From an uncultured virus (IMG/VR IMGVR_UViG_3300037512_002166) (lineage: Duplodnaviria; Heunggongvirae; Uroviricota; Caudoviricetes): a stretch of DNA of 64,000 bases. Of the stretch, positions 55,127 through 64,000 are shown piece by piece (the stretch's first letter is position 1; every line of letters starts with the position of its first letter). Made by a program: the position numbers and the translations under genes. A model generated the notes under the pieces. That model made no database searches. It worked only from the letters and a program-made list of their open reading frames with translations, and had not been told where the DNA came from. The DNA is taken from the IMG/VR virus record IMGVR_UViG_3300037512_002166. One strand, 5' to 3'.

Positions 55127-57991
55127 ATGCCTGAGACTAAAGAGATCCGGCCCCAGGCCGGCATGCAGGAGAAGTTCGTCCGAAGCAATGCGGACGTCAC
55201 CTTCGCCGGTGGAGTGCTGAATCCGCAGCCTGCCACGTCCAAAATCCTCACGCCATTCGGCTTCAAGCCAATATCCGACATCCAGGTTGGAGACGTCGTC
55301 ATGGGCGCGGACTACAATGTCCAGCGCATCACCCACGTGTCTCCGTGCGGCGAGCACGACTGTATACGGCTCATCCTCGACGACGGCAGCAGCGCGGAAA
55401 GCGCGCTCGACCACAAGTGGTGGGTGATGAAGGACGGCCAGGAGATGACGGCCATATCCTTCGAGCTGCTCGAATCATTCCAGACGGCCGTGAAGATGGG
55501 CATCGACTACGAGGTATACGCGTTCCGCTGCATACTCGGCCAGCCCGTGCCGGTCAAGATCCGCGAGGTCCAGGACATCGGCAAGCGGGACGTCATCTGC
55601 ATCGGCGTATCCAACGACGACCAGCTCTACATCACCGACGACTACATCATCACGAAGAACTGCGGCAAGGCGCAGCCGCTCGACGCGCTCGTGCTTGCTC
55701 CCGGCGGATGGCGCCGGATGGGCGACCTTAAGGAGGGCGATGTGATCTGCAACACGGACGGCTCCTCGCAGTATGTCGTCCGGGTCTATGACAAGGGTGA
55801 GCGCGATGTCTACAAGCTGAAGTTCGACTTCGGCGAGGTGGAGGCCTGCGCGGAGCACCTGTTCCTCGTGTGGCAGGACGGCCGCGTCAAGACGATGACC
55901 GTCGGTGAGATGATCGGAAGCGGCGGCGGGCGCATATCCGTGCGCTGCCCGGGTCCCGTATTCCTACAAGGAAGCGGCCCGCTCCCAATGGAGCCGTACC
56001 TCTTCGGCCGGTGCCTTGCGTGTGGCCACCTCGGATCGAAGAAGCTCAGCAACGAGATGCGTAAGGCCCTTCGCGCCGTCGGTATGGAGGACAACTTCTT
56101 CATTCCGGAGGCCTACAAGATGGGGACGGTCCAGCAGCGCAAGGATCTGCTCCGTGGATACATGGATGCCAAGGTGAAGGGATTCCAGCCCGGACACGCG
56201 ACTGTACGCGACGTCCCGGTGCCGAAATACCTGGCAAAGGACATCGCCGACGTGGCGGCATCCCTGGGCGGCTGCCCGACGATACACTGCGAGAACGAGA
56301 ACGGCATCATCATGCGCATCGCCATGCCGAACATGGACGAGTATTACTCCCCGAACGCGGCCCAGGCCGGCATCTGCCAGGCCAAGCTCTACCGGCCGGT
56401 GCGCGGCATCGAGTTCTCGCGACGGACGCAGACGCGCTGCATACTCGTCTCGAGCGAGAACCACCTCTACGTGACCAACGACTTCGTTGCGACACACAAC
56501 ACCTTCGCCGCCATCCTGATGGTCGCGGAGCCGTCGCTCGACCCGCTCTTCCGCGCCGTGTTCACCAGACGTAACCTGGGCAACCTCAAGGCTGGTGGTG
56601 GTATCGTTGATGACTTTACCAGTGCGTACGGCGACTACGTAGACGTGAAGACGTCCGAGAACCCGCGCATCCAGTTCCCGAGCGGCGCGTTCGTGGACTG
56701 CCAGCATATCGCCGACGAAAGCCCGGGCAAGCTGCTTGAGCGTATCAAGGGTTGGCAGTACGACCTGGCATACCTCGATGAGCTCACGTCCTACGAGTTC
56801 ACGACCTTCTCGCTGATCGGCACCCGTGTCCGTGGAAAGGCGAAGTGGACCGGCAAGCGGCGCGGCACAACCAACCCGAAGCGCACGCACTGGACACGCA
56901 AGATGCTCGACTGGTATATCGGCTTCGATGGATTCCTGTTGCCTGATCGTGACGGCATCGTGCGCTACTACTACCAGACTGGAGAGACCGTCGACGACCT
57001 TGTCTTCGGAGATACGAAGGAGGAGGTGTACGAGCTGTGCAAGATCGACATCGACCGCAAGCTGAAGAAGGCCGGCGTATCCGGCGCCACCTACAAGCAG
57101 ATGATCCAGTCCTTCGTGTTCTATGCCGGAAGGATGGGAGAGAACAAGGCGAGTATTCAGAACAACCCGTCATACGTCGGCTCCGTGACGGCTGTCGGCG
57201 GCCGGCGCGCGCAGCAGCTCATCGAGGGTAACTTCAACGTGGACGAGGACGAGGAAGACAAGATCCCGATTCCGAATGACAAGGCCAGGGCGGTGTTCTC
57301 CAATGATGAGGCCCGCAACGGAGACAGATGGATCACTGTCGACCTTGCTGATGTCGGCACCGACAACGTGATTGCTCTCTTCTGGGACGGCTTCCATATC
57401 GACGATGTGATGATCATCACATCTTCCACACCCCGCATGAACTACGAGCGGATCAAGTTGTTTGCGACGAAGCACGACGTTCCGGACAACCGCGTGATCT
57501 ATGATGCCATGCACGCAGCCTATATGATCGACTACATGCCGAACGCCATCGGCTATCAGTCGTCCGGCTCGTCGATCGGCCTCTACTCCCTGCAGGCCGA
57601 CCGCCTCAAGGACGAGTGCTACCTTCGGCTTGTCGACGCCATCAACCGTGGCCAGTTCTCCTGTTCCGAGTACGTCGCGAAGCAGCGCTACATCCACCAG
57701 GGTATCAAGGAGGAGTTTACGATCCAGACGGAATTCCTGGAAGAGTGCTCCGTGGTCCGCTTCAACGAGACACCTCGCGGCAGGACAAAGCTGATGACGA
57801 AGAAGGAAATGAACAAGGCCCTCGGCAAGGGCCGCTCCATGGACTTCCTCGACCCGTGCGCCATGCGTATGCTGCCGGTGCTTGACCTGCAGTACGGCGA
57901 GGAGCTCGACAAAACCTCGCTCAAGACCAGGACACAGGAGGCGGAGGACGTGGATTCCGTAGACGTGTACGACGAGACCTTCTGGTCCTAA
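55127..57991 (+). CDS. terL: Terminase large subunit with two inteins
   Basis: Spliced Walker A GGVLN-CGK-T, Walker B YLDE, TTNP, nuclease VDLA..G.D. Confidence 0.92.
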   Translation: MPETKEIRPQAGMQEKFVRSNADVTFAGGVLNPQPATSKILTPFGFKPISDIQVGDVVMGADYNVQRITHVSPCGEHDCIRLILDDGSSAESALDHKWWVMKDGQEMTAISFELLESFQTAVKMGIDYEVYAFRCILGQPVPVKIREVQDIGKRDVICIGVSNDDQLYITDDYIITKNCGKAQPLDALVLAPGGWRRMGDLKEGDVICNTDGSSQYVVRVYDKGERDVYKLKFDFGEVEACAEHLFLVWQDGRVKTMTVGEMIGSGGGRISVRCPGPVFLQGSGPLPMEPYLFGRCLACGHLGSKKLSNEMRKALRAVGMEDNFFIPEAYKMGTVQQRKDLLRGYMDAKVKGFQPGHATVRDVPVPKYLAKDIADVAASLGGCPTIHCENENGIIMRIAMPNMDEYYSPNAAQAGICQAKLYRPVRGIEFSRRTQTRCILVSSENHLYVTNDFVATHNTFAAILMVAEPSLDPLFRAVFTRRNLGNLKAGGGIVDDFTSAYGDYVDVKTSENPRIQFPSGAFVDCQHIADESPGKLLERIKGWQYDLAYLDELTSYEFTTFSLIGTRVRGKAKWTGKRRGTTNPKRTHWTRKMLDWYIGFDGFLLPDRDGIVRYYYQTGETVDDLVFGDTKEEVYELCKIDIDRKLKKAGVSGATYKQMIQSFVFYAGRMGENKASIQNNPSYVGSVTAVGGRRAQQLIEGNFNVDEDEEDKIPIPNDKARAVFSNDEARNGDRWITVDLADVGTDNVIALFWDGFHIDDVMIITSSTPRMNYERIKLFATKHDVPDNRVIYDAMHAAYMIDYMPNAIGYQSSGSSIGLYSLQADRLKDECYLRLVDAINRGQFSCSEYVAKQRYIHQGIKEEFTIQTEFLEECSVVRFNETPRGRTKLMTKKEMNKALGKGRSMDFLDPCAMRMLPVLDLQYGEELDKTSLKTRTQEAEDVDSVDVYDETFWS
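55223..55660 (+). mobile_element. Intein 1 (146 aa mini-intein, Pro1, class 3 WCT)
   Basis: PQP start, DHKWW, VICIGV, ITKN|C. Confidence 0.85.
55670..56500 (+). mobile_element. Intein 2 (277 aa, Ala1, class 3-like, degenerate LAGLIDADG)
   Basis: AQP start, EHLF, TRCILV, ATHN|T; PYLFG and LLRGYMDA remnants. Confidence 0.85.
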
Positions 57992-59214
57992 TCTGGCCAG
58001 TCGAACAGCGCGAGCACCTTCGCGTTGGCCTTCCAATACCGACTCCAGTCCTTCCGGATGTAGATGTCGGCCATCCGCATACTCCGGTTGACGTGACACA
58101 TGCACTCGTCAACCGTAACCGGGTCGATTCCGGCCTCATTCCTTGCGACGGTGCCCCATGAATGCCTGGCTGAATATACGTCGATTTTAGGCACGTTTAT
58201 TCTTTCGCAGAAGGCCTTCAGCCCGACATTGGCCGCCCTGCCCAGGTTCTCGTATCTCGAGTATCTGTTGTGAAAGTTGAAAGCCCGCGAAATGTCCCCG
58301 TACTCATCGATCAGCGGCCGTACGCACGGCTCGATTCTGACATGCATCTCTGCGCCGTCATCCCGGCGCTCCTTGGTCTTCGTACGCCGGTAGACGATGA
58401 CTCCGCCCTTTGGCCTGGGGCAGCCGTAGATGTCCGGCGTGTTCATACCCATGAGCGCGAAGCTGATGAGGAACAGGTCGACGCCCAGGCGCTCCCGGCC
58501 AGTCAGCTCATCACGCCGGCGCAGCATCTCCCGGATGATCTCCATGTCGATGTCGCGGTGGCCGGCCTTCGCCGCCGCCTGGCGAGGTGGATGGTAATAC
58601 TCGAACGGGTTCCGGATGGGGATCTGGTCCGACTCCTCGTTGTTGAATTCTTCCCGCGCCCTACGGTGGACGTAAGCGACCGCAGACGTATAAAGACTCA
58701 CCGCCCTGGCGGAATCTCCGTATTTGGCCCGCAGATGCTTCTCGTACCGGCGCATCATGGACGATGATATGGAGGAGATGTCGAAATGGTCGGCGCCCAT
58801 GAAGCCGCACAGCGAATGTAGCGCGCACAGGTAGTTCGTCCTTGGGTTTTTCTTCTTCTCGTCCGCGATGCGCTGGAAGTAGTCCGGGAAGTCAAGCTTG
58901 AACGCCTCGTCGCCGCCGGACAGCGCCCGCCCGATGTGGTATGCGATGTCGGACACACCCATCGACTCCATCTCAAACGGATCGAGCGCGTTCGCTGCGG
59001 CACGCATATTGCGGACAACCTGGGCGATGGCCTCCGACACAGCCGGGTCCTTGATTTCAAAGCTGCGCGTCAGCTGGCTGCGGTCGACGAGGAAATTCGT
59101 GGACACGACCTTCTGCTTTCTCTTGTATGTGATGCGGATTCGGACCGGATACGTGCCGTCCTTCTTCTTCTCGCCCTCACGGACGACAGGCGTAATGGAG
59201 ACTGATGATGGCAT
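57988..59214 (-). CDS. int: Tyrosine integrase (Bacteroidetes arm-binding type)
   Basis: KKDGTYPVRIRI N-terminus; R.KT, YSARHSW, MCH..IY catalytic motifs. Confidence 0.92.
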   Translation of the reverse strand: MPSSVSITPVVREGEKKKDGTYPVRIRITYKRKQKVVSTNFLVDRSQLTRSFEIKDPAVSEAIAQVVRNMRAAANALDPFEMESMGVSDIAYHIGRALSGGDEAFKLDFPDYFQRIADEKKKNPRTNYLCALHSLCGFMGADHFDISSISSSMMRRYEKHLRAKYGDSARAVSLYTSAVAYVHRRAREEFNNEESDQIPIRNPFEYYHPPRQAAAKAGHRDIDMEIIREMLRRRDELTGRERLGVDLFLISFALMGMNTPDIYGCPRPKGGVIVYRRTKTKERRDDGAEMHVRIEPCVRPLIDEYGDISRAFNFHNRYSRYENLGRAANVGLKAFCERINVPKIDVYSARHSWGTVARNEAGIDPVTVDECMCHVNRSMRMADIYIRKDWSRYWKANAKVLALFDWPD

Positions 59215-59344
59215 AGGAGGTGAGTTTGTTTCCCCAAATTTACAAACAATTCTCAAACTATTTTCAAACATTTTACACGGAAACCGTGTTTTTTATCGTT
59301 TGTCGATATGGAGATTTCCGCCGAAAATTCGCCAAATAGCAACG

Positions 59345-59380
59345 AAAAAAGCCCCTCCAGGACTACTGGAAGGGCTTTTT
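59345..59380. terminator. Intrinsic terminator after tRNA-His fragment
   Basis: AAAAAGCCC..GGGCTTTTT. Confidence 0.8.
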
Positions 59381-59386
59381 GCCTTT

Positions 59387-59434
59387 TGGGGTGCGATGTG
59401 GGGCTCGAACCCACGACACCCAGAACCACAATCT
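59387..59434 (-). pseudogene. 3' half of tRNA-His(GTG) (attP core)
   Basis: AGATT-GTG-GTTCTG..GGTTCGAGCCC..CCCA; no 5' half. Confidence 0.85.
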
Positions 59435-59548
59435 TGACATCATATCCCCCGTAACGGCCGAAAATCAGGCAATTAACGAACAATCGAGATAATTTTTCTC
59501 AAACTATTTTCAAACATTCAGAAAATGTTGTATATTTGCAGTCAACAT

Positions 59549-59620
59549 TGCGAGGTGGAGCAGCGGTAGCTCGCCGGGCTCATAACCCGGAGGCCGAGGG
59601 TTCGATCCACTCTCTCGCTA
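59549..59620 (+). tRNA. Initiator tRNA-fMet(CAT)
   Basis: 1:72 mismatch, three G-C pairs in anticodon stem; TATATTTG promoter at 59531-59538. Confidence 0.88.
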
Positions 59621-59687
59621 CGAAATTTCATTGCGCGGACGTTTCGCCCCTGGATTACCGGAACAGGTATTCTGGGGGCGATGATTT

Positions 59688-60191
59688 TTACTTCTGCCCG
59701 TGGAGGTATCCCCAGATCTTCTTCTTGCCGAATGGAGAATCCTCGTCGGAGAGGAAGTTCACCGCCAGGTCCGAGAGGCGCACGGCCAGCTCTTCCGCAT
59801 CGATCTTCGGGAACCAGTCCTCGAGCAGCATCCGATACCTCGACATGCACCAGTTCATGGTGACATAGAAGTCCCACTCGTTGTAGCAGGACGGAATCCT
59901 GTCCTTCACCGACTCGTAGACGTCGCTCACTTCCGGGATGGTCCAGTACGGAGCGGAACGCTTGTCACCATCCTTGTCGACGTAGCACATCTTGGACACG
60001 GCCTCGACGGCGTGTTCCTCGTCAAAGTGGCCACCGGAGAGCATCCCGTAGATCCTGGCCATCAGGGCTTCCTTGTCCTTTTCTGACATGCCGGCCTCGA
60101 CAGCCTCGGATACAGCCTTCACGGTGTCCCACATCATTCCTTCGCCCTGGCCCTTGCCGAGGCGAACGGTCATTTCATAGAGTGTTTCCAT
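59688..60191 (-). CDS. Conserved gut-phage helical protein (WDFYVTMN motif)
   Basis: GHFDEEHA, PYWT, WDFYV, KIW.Y. Confidence 0.75.
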   Translation of the reverse strand: METLYEMTVRLGKGQGEGMMWDTVKAVSEAVEAGMSEKDKEALMARIYGMLSGGHFDEEHAVEAVSKMCYVDKDGDKRSAPYWTIPEVSDVYESVKDRIPSCYNEWDFYVTMNWCMSRYRMLLEDWFPKIDAEELAVRLSDLAVNFLSDEDSPFGKKKIWGYLHGQK

Positions 60192-60196
60192 ATTTC

Positions 60197-60577
60197 TTAC
60201 CTTTGTTTTGCCCGCACCTCGGACACACCGGGACGATCCTTACGGGCCTCGGCTTTACGCCGGCGCCCCTTGCCGGAACCATCCTTGGCGCCCGGGCCGG
60301 AGAGTTGTTTGCATAGTTCATTGTACTTTCTGTTGAGCATCGACAGGCCAAGGTCGGCCCACAATGCGGCGTAAGAGAAAAGGAAGGAGGCTCCGACAGC
60401 CGTGAGTATGCGGCACCCGCTAAATACCAGATAGGTGACGGTCAACCAGAATACGAGGCATTTCGGGCAGGAGGCGATTCTTGAGCGGATGCCTATCGTC
60501 TCCTGTATGGCCTCGGACAGACCCATGTTCACAAAAAGGACGCAGCTGGCGGCGAGTAAGATAACCTCCTTCCACAT
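60197..60577 (-). CDS. Membrane protein with CPKC motif
   Basis: Three hydrophobic segments. Confidence 0.7.
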   Translation of the reverse strand: MWKEVILLAASCVLFVNMGLSEAIQETIGIRSRIASCPKCLVFWLTVTYLVFSGCRILTAVGASFLFSYAALWADLGLSMLNRKYNELCKQLSGPGAKDGSGKGRRRKAEARKDRPGVSEVRAKQR

Positions 60578-60580
60578 ACG

Positions 60581-61063
60581 TTAGTCTCCGTTTGCGGCAG
60601 CGCCGGCGGTGCTGGCCAGGTTGAACGACCCTACCAGGGAGACGGCATTCGTGACATTGCAGCAGTCGCGCATGTTCGTCGGGCTGGCGATGACTTCACC
60701 GGCGGTGACCGTCGGGGCGGTGGCCGACCCGCAGGGGACGCTGACGGTTGCATACACGTTGTCCGTCTTCGGACATGCACACTCGCAGCCGCACTGGTTC
60801 TGGCCGTTGCGGTACGGCATATACTCGACGGTACCAGTGATGAGGATGTCGATCACGTAGGCGTCGTTGCCGACGGCCTGCGGGGCTCCAAAGGCGCGGT
60901 ACTTCAGGTCGCCGGCGATCGGGAAGGCCCCGTTCGCGCAGACCTTGCGGTTGCCGCAGAGATAATGGGTGAGATCCACCACATAGGTGGCATCGGTGGC
61001 GGTGGCGCCAGGGGCAGGCACGCAGGTGTTGACGTACGTCTGCCCATTGTTGTAACAAGCCAT
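60581..61063 (-). CDS. Cys-rich beta-rich protein
   Basis: CGCECACP and other Cys clusters. Confidence 0.75.
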   Translation of the reverse strand: MACYNNGQTYVNTCVPAPGATATDATYVVDLTHYLCGNRKVCANGAFPIAGDLKYRAFGAPQAVGNDAYVIDILITGTVEYMPYRNGQNQCGCECACPKTDNVYATVSVPCGSATAPTVTAGEVIASPTNMRDCCNVTNAVSLVGSFNLASTAGAAANGD

Positions 61064-61074
61064 AGTTTTTGAGA

Positions 61075-61302
61075 TTAGATAGTTTCAGGCCCCTTATTCT
61101 CTGCACCGGGGCCCCTCTGTGCTTCATCTTTCTCAAGTGGATTGATGATGTTGGCGTTGCCGAACTTGGTTTCGAGCCGGTCGAGCCGCTCGATGATCGC
61201 AGGCATGAACGCCATGATTGCGTGGCCGTGTTGCGCCGCGCAGTATACCTGCTGCTGGAACGAGCACTTGATGCACTCGCCATTACACACTCTGTCTGCC
61301 AT
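61075..61302 (-). CDS. Small Cys-rich protein
   Basis: CNGECIKC..YC. Confidence 0.7.
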   Translation of the reverse strand: MADRVCNGECIKCSFQQQVYCAAQHGHAIMAFMPAIIERLDRLETKFGNANIINPLEKDEAQRGPGAENKGPETI

Positions 61303-61303
61303 A

Positions 61304-61492
61304 TTACTTGAAATAGTTGGTTACGAAATAGTTATCCTTCCACTTATTGACCGCTTCAGCAATCTTGTTCGCCGTGACGGCCACGCCCTTCTGCGCCATG
61401 CCGGAGATGAACGCCTTGATGGCGCCGGCCGCCACGTCCGCCTCCTCCTGCGAGTTCGCGTAGACGTTGAATTTCAGCTCGAATCCGCTCAT
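61304..61492 (-). CDS. Small hypothetical protein
   Basis: Tightly packed in operon. Confidence 0.7.
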   Translation of the reverse strand: MSGFELKFNVYANSQEEADVAAGAIKAFISGMAQKGVAVTANKIAEAVNKWKDNYFVTNYFK

Positions 61493-61496
61493 GGTC

Positions 61497-61835
61497 CTAT
61501 CCGTTTATGGGAGGTAGCGGCTGCGCTGGCGCAGCCTTCCTGCCCTTTACGATACCCTTGATAAATTCCACTCCCTGGCTCAACATATCCTGGTTCTCGC
61601 GGAGCCATCCGAAGACACCGTTCGCCTGTTCGCCGAGGTCCTGCACGAACGTCCTCGAGGCCGGCTCGACATCCGGAATGGAATCCGCCACGTCCTTGAC
61701 GAGGAAGTCATACATCTTCTCGGCCTTCGCAACATCGAAGCGCGAGAGGTAGAGGCATTGCTGCTTCAGGGCAGCCTTGCTGGTTGGTTTGATCATAGAA
61801 GCCATCTCCAATAGCCGTTTCTTGCTCTTGAACAT
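61497..61835 (-). CDS. Hypothetical protein
   Basis: In operon. Confidence 0.7.
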   Translation of the reverse strand: MFKSKKRLLEMASMIKPTSKAALKQQCLYLSRFDVAKAEKMYDFLVKDVADSIPDVEPASRTFVQDLGEQANGVFGWLRENQDMLSQGVEFIKGIVKGRKAAPAQPLPPING

Positions 61836-61897
61836 ACGTTCGCGGTCATTGATAGAAAATCGGTAGGACGAGACACGCCCGCCCTACCGAAGCCACA

Positions 61898-62401
61898 TTA
61901 GGCGCCGCACCCAGGGCATCCGCAAGGCTGCGGAGCACTGTAGATCTGGACAGGCGTGGCGTTAAGCGAGGAACGACCAGTGACCGCGTCAGAGAAAGTC
62001 TGCTGCATGATCTGCTGAATCGTGTTGTCAATCGCAGTTGTCTGCGACTGGCTCTGGCTGCCGCTCTGCGTGCCAGCAATGGAGTCGGTGATCGTCTGGG
62101 TCATCGTGACTCCCTGGGCCACGCGCTCGGCGCGCTCGGTACCGAGCAGGTTAGCCAGGCTCGCGATCTGGGCGTTGTTGGCCTGGAACTGGGCGTTCGC
62201 CAGGTCGCGGATGCCGTTGGCCTTCGCGTTCGAGAAGATCGGAGCGAAGATCCAGGCACCTACGCCAAGGGCGGCGCCGACGGTACCAAGCACGAGACCG
62301 GCGACGGCCGTGCCGGACGGGCGGCGGGACGACATCTCAGAGACCTTGAAGCTCTCGTACGGGGTCAGCCCCATGTGGTTCATCATTTCATCTGCTGCCA
62401 T
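61898..62401 (-). CDS. Membrane/coiled-coil protein with C-terminal PCGCPGC
   Basis: Gly-rich TM, Q/T-rich coil; A-rich leader before ATG at 62401. Confidence 0.75.
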   Translation of the reverse strand: MAADEMMNHMGLTPYESFKVSEMSSRRPSGTAVAGLVLGTVGAALGVGAWIFAPIFSNAKANGIRDLANAQFQANNAQIASLANLLGTERAERVAQGVTMTQTITDSIAGTQSGSQSQSQTTAIDNTIQQIMQQTFSDAVTGRSSLNATPVQIYSAPQPCGCPGCGA

Positions 62402-62521
62402 AGCAAATAGGATTAGGGTTAAACAAAATGTACCAACGACTCGATCGAATCGTTGGTACAAAGTTGCTACTATATGCTACGGGGAACGAGGTTTGGGTAA
62501 AACTAAACCCAACCAGTTGAT

Positions 62522-62821
62522 TTATTGCTTTTTATGGAGCCAATTCTTTGGTACAGCATCTCTGAACTTCGAGAAGGAATACATGACGATGTTGCGCCTT
62601 GGCTTCCCCATGTAATTACGCTTGATCACGCCGTATATCGCCTCCTTTGGCTTGTCGTAGAAATCAGCCAGCTCATCTATCGTGGCAAGGACGTCCGAAT
62701 CTTTGTCTATTGCGTTAAGAATGGCCATCTCCTGCTCGCGCGTGCATCCGCCGTGCTTGATCTTCTTGATCCAGAAGCGCAGCGTGGTTATGAGAATCTC
62801 TTCAACAAAATTTTCCTCCAT
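62522..62821 (-). CDS. Putative DNA-binding protein
   Basis: ATIDELADFY HTH-like segment. Confidence 0.55.
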   Translation of the reverse strand: MEENFVEEILITTLRFWIKKIKHGGCTREQEMAILNAIDKDSDVLATIDELADFYDKPKEAIYGVIKRNYMGKPRRNIVMYSFSKFRDAVPKNWLHKKQ

Positions 62822-63233
62822 CGGTAAAGAAAACCCTATAAATTGCTATCAGAAATAGTATCAGCGTGATCGTGATCGTAATGACGGCCACGAGCCATGC
62901 GCAGCGACCGAAATGATACACGTACGTGTCAAACAGATCCACCGATTGCGGCAGAAGTGGAAGGGAACAGGCAATCCTGTGCCACCTGCACATCATCAGC
63001 ATCCTCGAGTAGATCAGGTGCGCGGCAATGACGGCCGGCGAGACAAAGAAGAAGTAGTCGATGATGTCGAGCCAGACTCCATGGCAGAAGGAGTATGCCG
63101 CAAACAGGAAGACAAACATTCCGGTGTACACGAAAGGAAGCACCTGTACGGCCATCGTTATCCGCCTCAGAATCTCGACAAGGGACCTACTCCTCGGTGT
63201 CGGGCTTCTTCTCGAGATTCGTCTCATTCTCAT
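62802..63233 (-). CDS. Multi-pass membrane protein
   Basis: Several hydrophobic segments; start uncertain. Confidence 0.6.
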   Translation of the reverse strand: MRMRRISRRSPTPRSRSLVEILRRITMAVQVLPFVYTGMFVFLFAAYSFCHGVWLDIIDYFFFVSPAVIAAHLIYSRMLMMCRWHRIACSLPLLPQSVDLFDTYVYHFGRCAWLVAVITITITLILFLIAIYRVFFTDGGKFC

Positions 63234-63326
63234 TGTTGTCCGGAACTATTCTCGGGCGCGGACCGATATGCGGCGGTTTGACACCTTTTGTGGATGCGCC
63301 TCCCTTTTTCTTTCTCTTCTTCGGTT

Positions 63327-63692
63327 TCATATTTCTACAATCTTAAATTCAACCCTGGGGTTATTCTTATCCACGAACTTCTCGGCCACGATCTTCACGC
63401 ACTTGTTGTCGTTCTTGATTGTCTTCGTGTACTGCAGGCAGTCAAGCAACGTCTTGAGGCTATTGTCGAGGTCTGGGCTGAGAGTCTCGAAATAGACGCG
63501 CACGTGCAGCTCGAAGAAGCCGCTGATCATCATATTCCGATACTTGCCCACCTGCATGAAGAAGTCCTTTTCGTACTTTTCCGTCGCGTTGGTCTTCTTC
63601 AGTGAAGCGTGCCCTCCGATGTAGACAATCTTGTAGTTGTTGGCTTTTGCCGGGCAATGCCCGATGATTGTTTGCCAATCGTGTTCTATCAT
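63327..63692 (-). CDS. rusA: RusA-family Holliday junction resolvase
   Basis: PDLDN.LK..LD.L..I.ND..PRVE. Confidence 0.88.
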   Translation of the reverse strand: MIEHDWQTIIGHCPAKANNYKIVYIGGHASLKKTNATEKYEKDFFMQVGKYRNMMISGFFELHVRVYFETLSPDLDNSLKTLLDCLQYTKTIKNDNKCVKIVAEKFVDKNNPRVEFKIVEI

Positions 63693-63768
63693 ATTTGCAT
63701 CTTTATAAAAGGCACCCGGATGCCGGCCCGATTTTCAGACAATCTGCAGGTAGAGCCGGGCGCCAATA

Positions 63769-64000
63769 TCATGGTTCCTGTACAGGAGCGAATTTCTCCT
63801 CAATCATGGCCTTGATCTCGAGCGCCGCCGCCATCAGAGCCGGGGCCACCTGGTCGTTGTCCGGCTCCATCCTGTACATCATCGAACTGGCCGTCTTCGA
63901 TGCACTGAAGCGGCCGAGGCCAGGAACAGCACCGCTGAAAGAGTTGATCGCAAAATCAGCCACGAGAGCATATTCGCCGGCGGCATTAAAGTCGCCCTCG
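63769..64000 (-). CDS. Partial hypothetical protein (start beyond right edge)
   Basis: Frame stays open to window end. Confidence 0.5.
   Translation of the reverse strand, partial: EGDFNAAGEYALVADFAINSFSGAVPGLGRFSASKTASSMMYRMEPDNDQVAPALMAAALEIKAMIEEKFAPVQEP

Larger units (their letters stand above)
59250..59518. other. attP: tRNA-His 3' half core flanked by 23-bp arm repeats
   Basis: TTCTCAAACTATTTTCAAACATT at 59250-59272 and 59496-59518; core at 59387-59434. Confidence 0.8.

Noticed and set aside
59387..59434. Functional tRNA-His gene
   Set aside because: The 5' half (acceptor and D arm) is absent.
1..64000. Stop-codon reassignment or diversity-generating retroelement
   Set aside because: TAG, TGA and TAA all terminate intact genes; no suppressor tRNA, reverse transcriptase or TR/VR pair was seen.

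Overview
This window is about 64 kb of a temperate, long-tailed dsDNA phage infecting a GC-rich Bacteroidales host. Host evidence: TAnnTTTG promoters, A-rich start regions without Shine-Dalgarno sites, and a BACON-like tail domain. The phage is in its unintegrated form, since an intact attP (3' half of tRNA-His plus arm repeats) sits beside the tyrosine integrase. Layout: tail-tip gene (<1-2261, minus); putative terminus/pac region with AAGCC repeats; early operon of about 35 small genes, mostly separated by a recurring GC hairpin plus AACC leader, ending at a serine recombinase; CI/Cro switch; RNA island (tRNAs, tmRNA, unknown RNAs); recombination/replication genes; mosaic accessory region; tail/head operon (minus); large terminase with two tandem inteins; integrase/attP; tRNA-fMet; and an uncharacterised Cys-rich operon. 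The most novel signal is a set of 4-5 hairpin-flanked small RNAs whose single-stranded parts read as reverse complements of translation-initiation regions. One of them pairs extensively with the start region of the phage's own first early gene. Portal, small terminase and lysis genes were not recognised. All calls were made by eye and no database searches were run.
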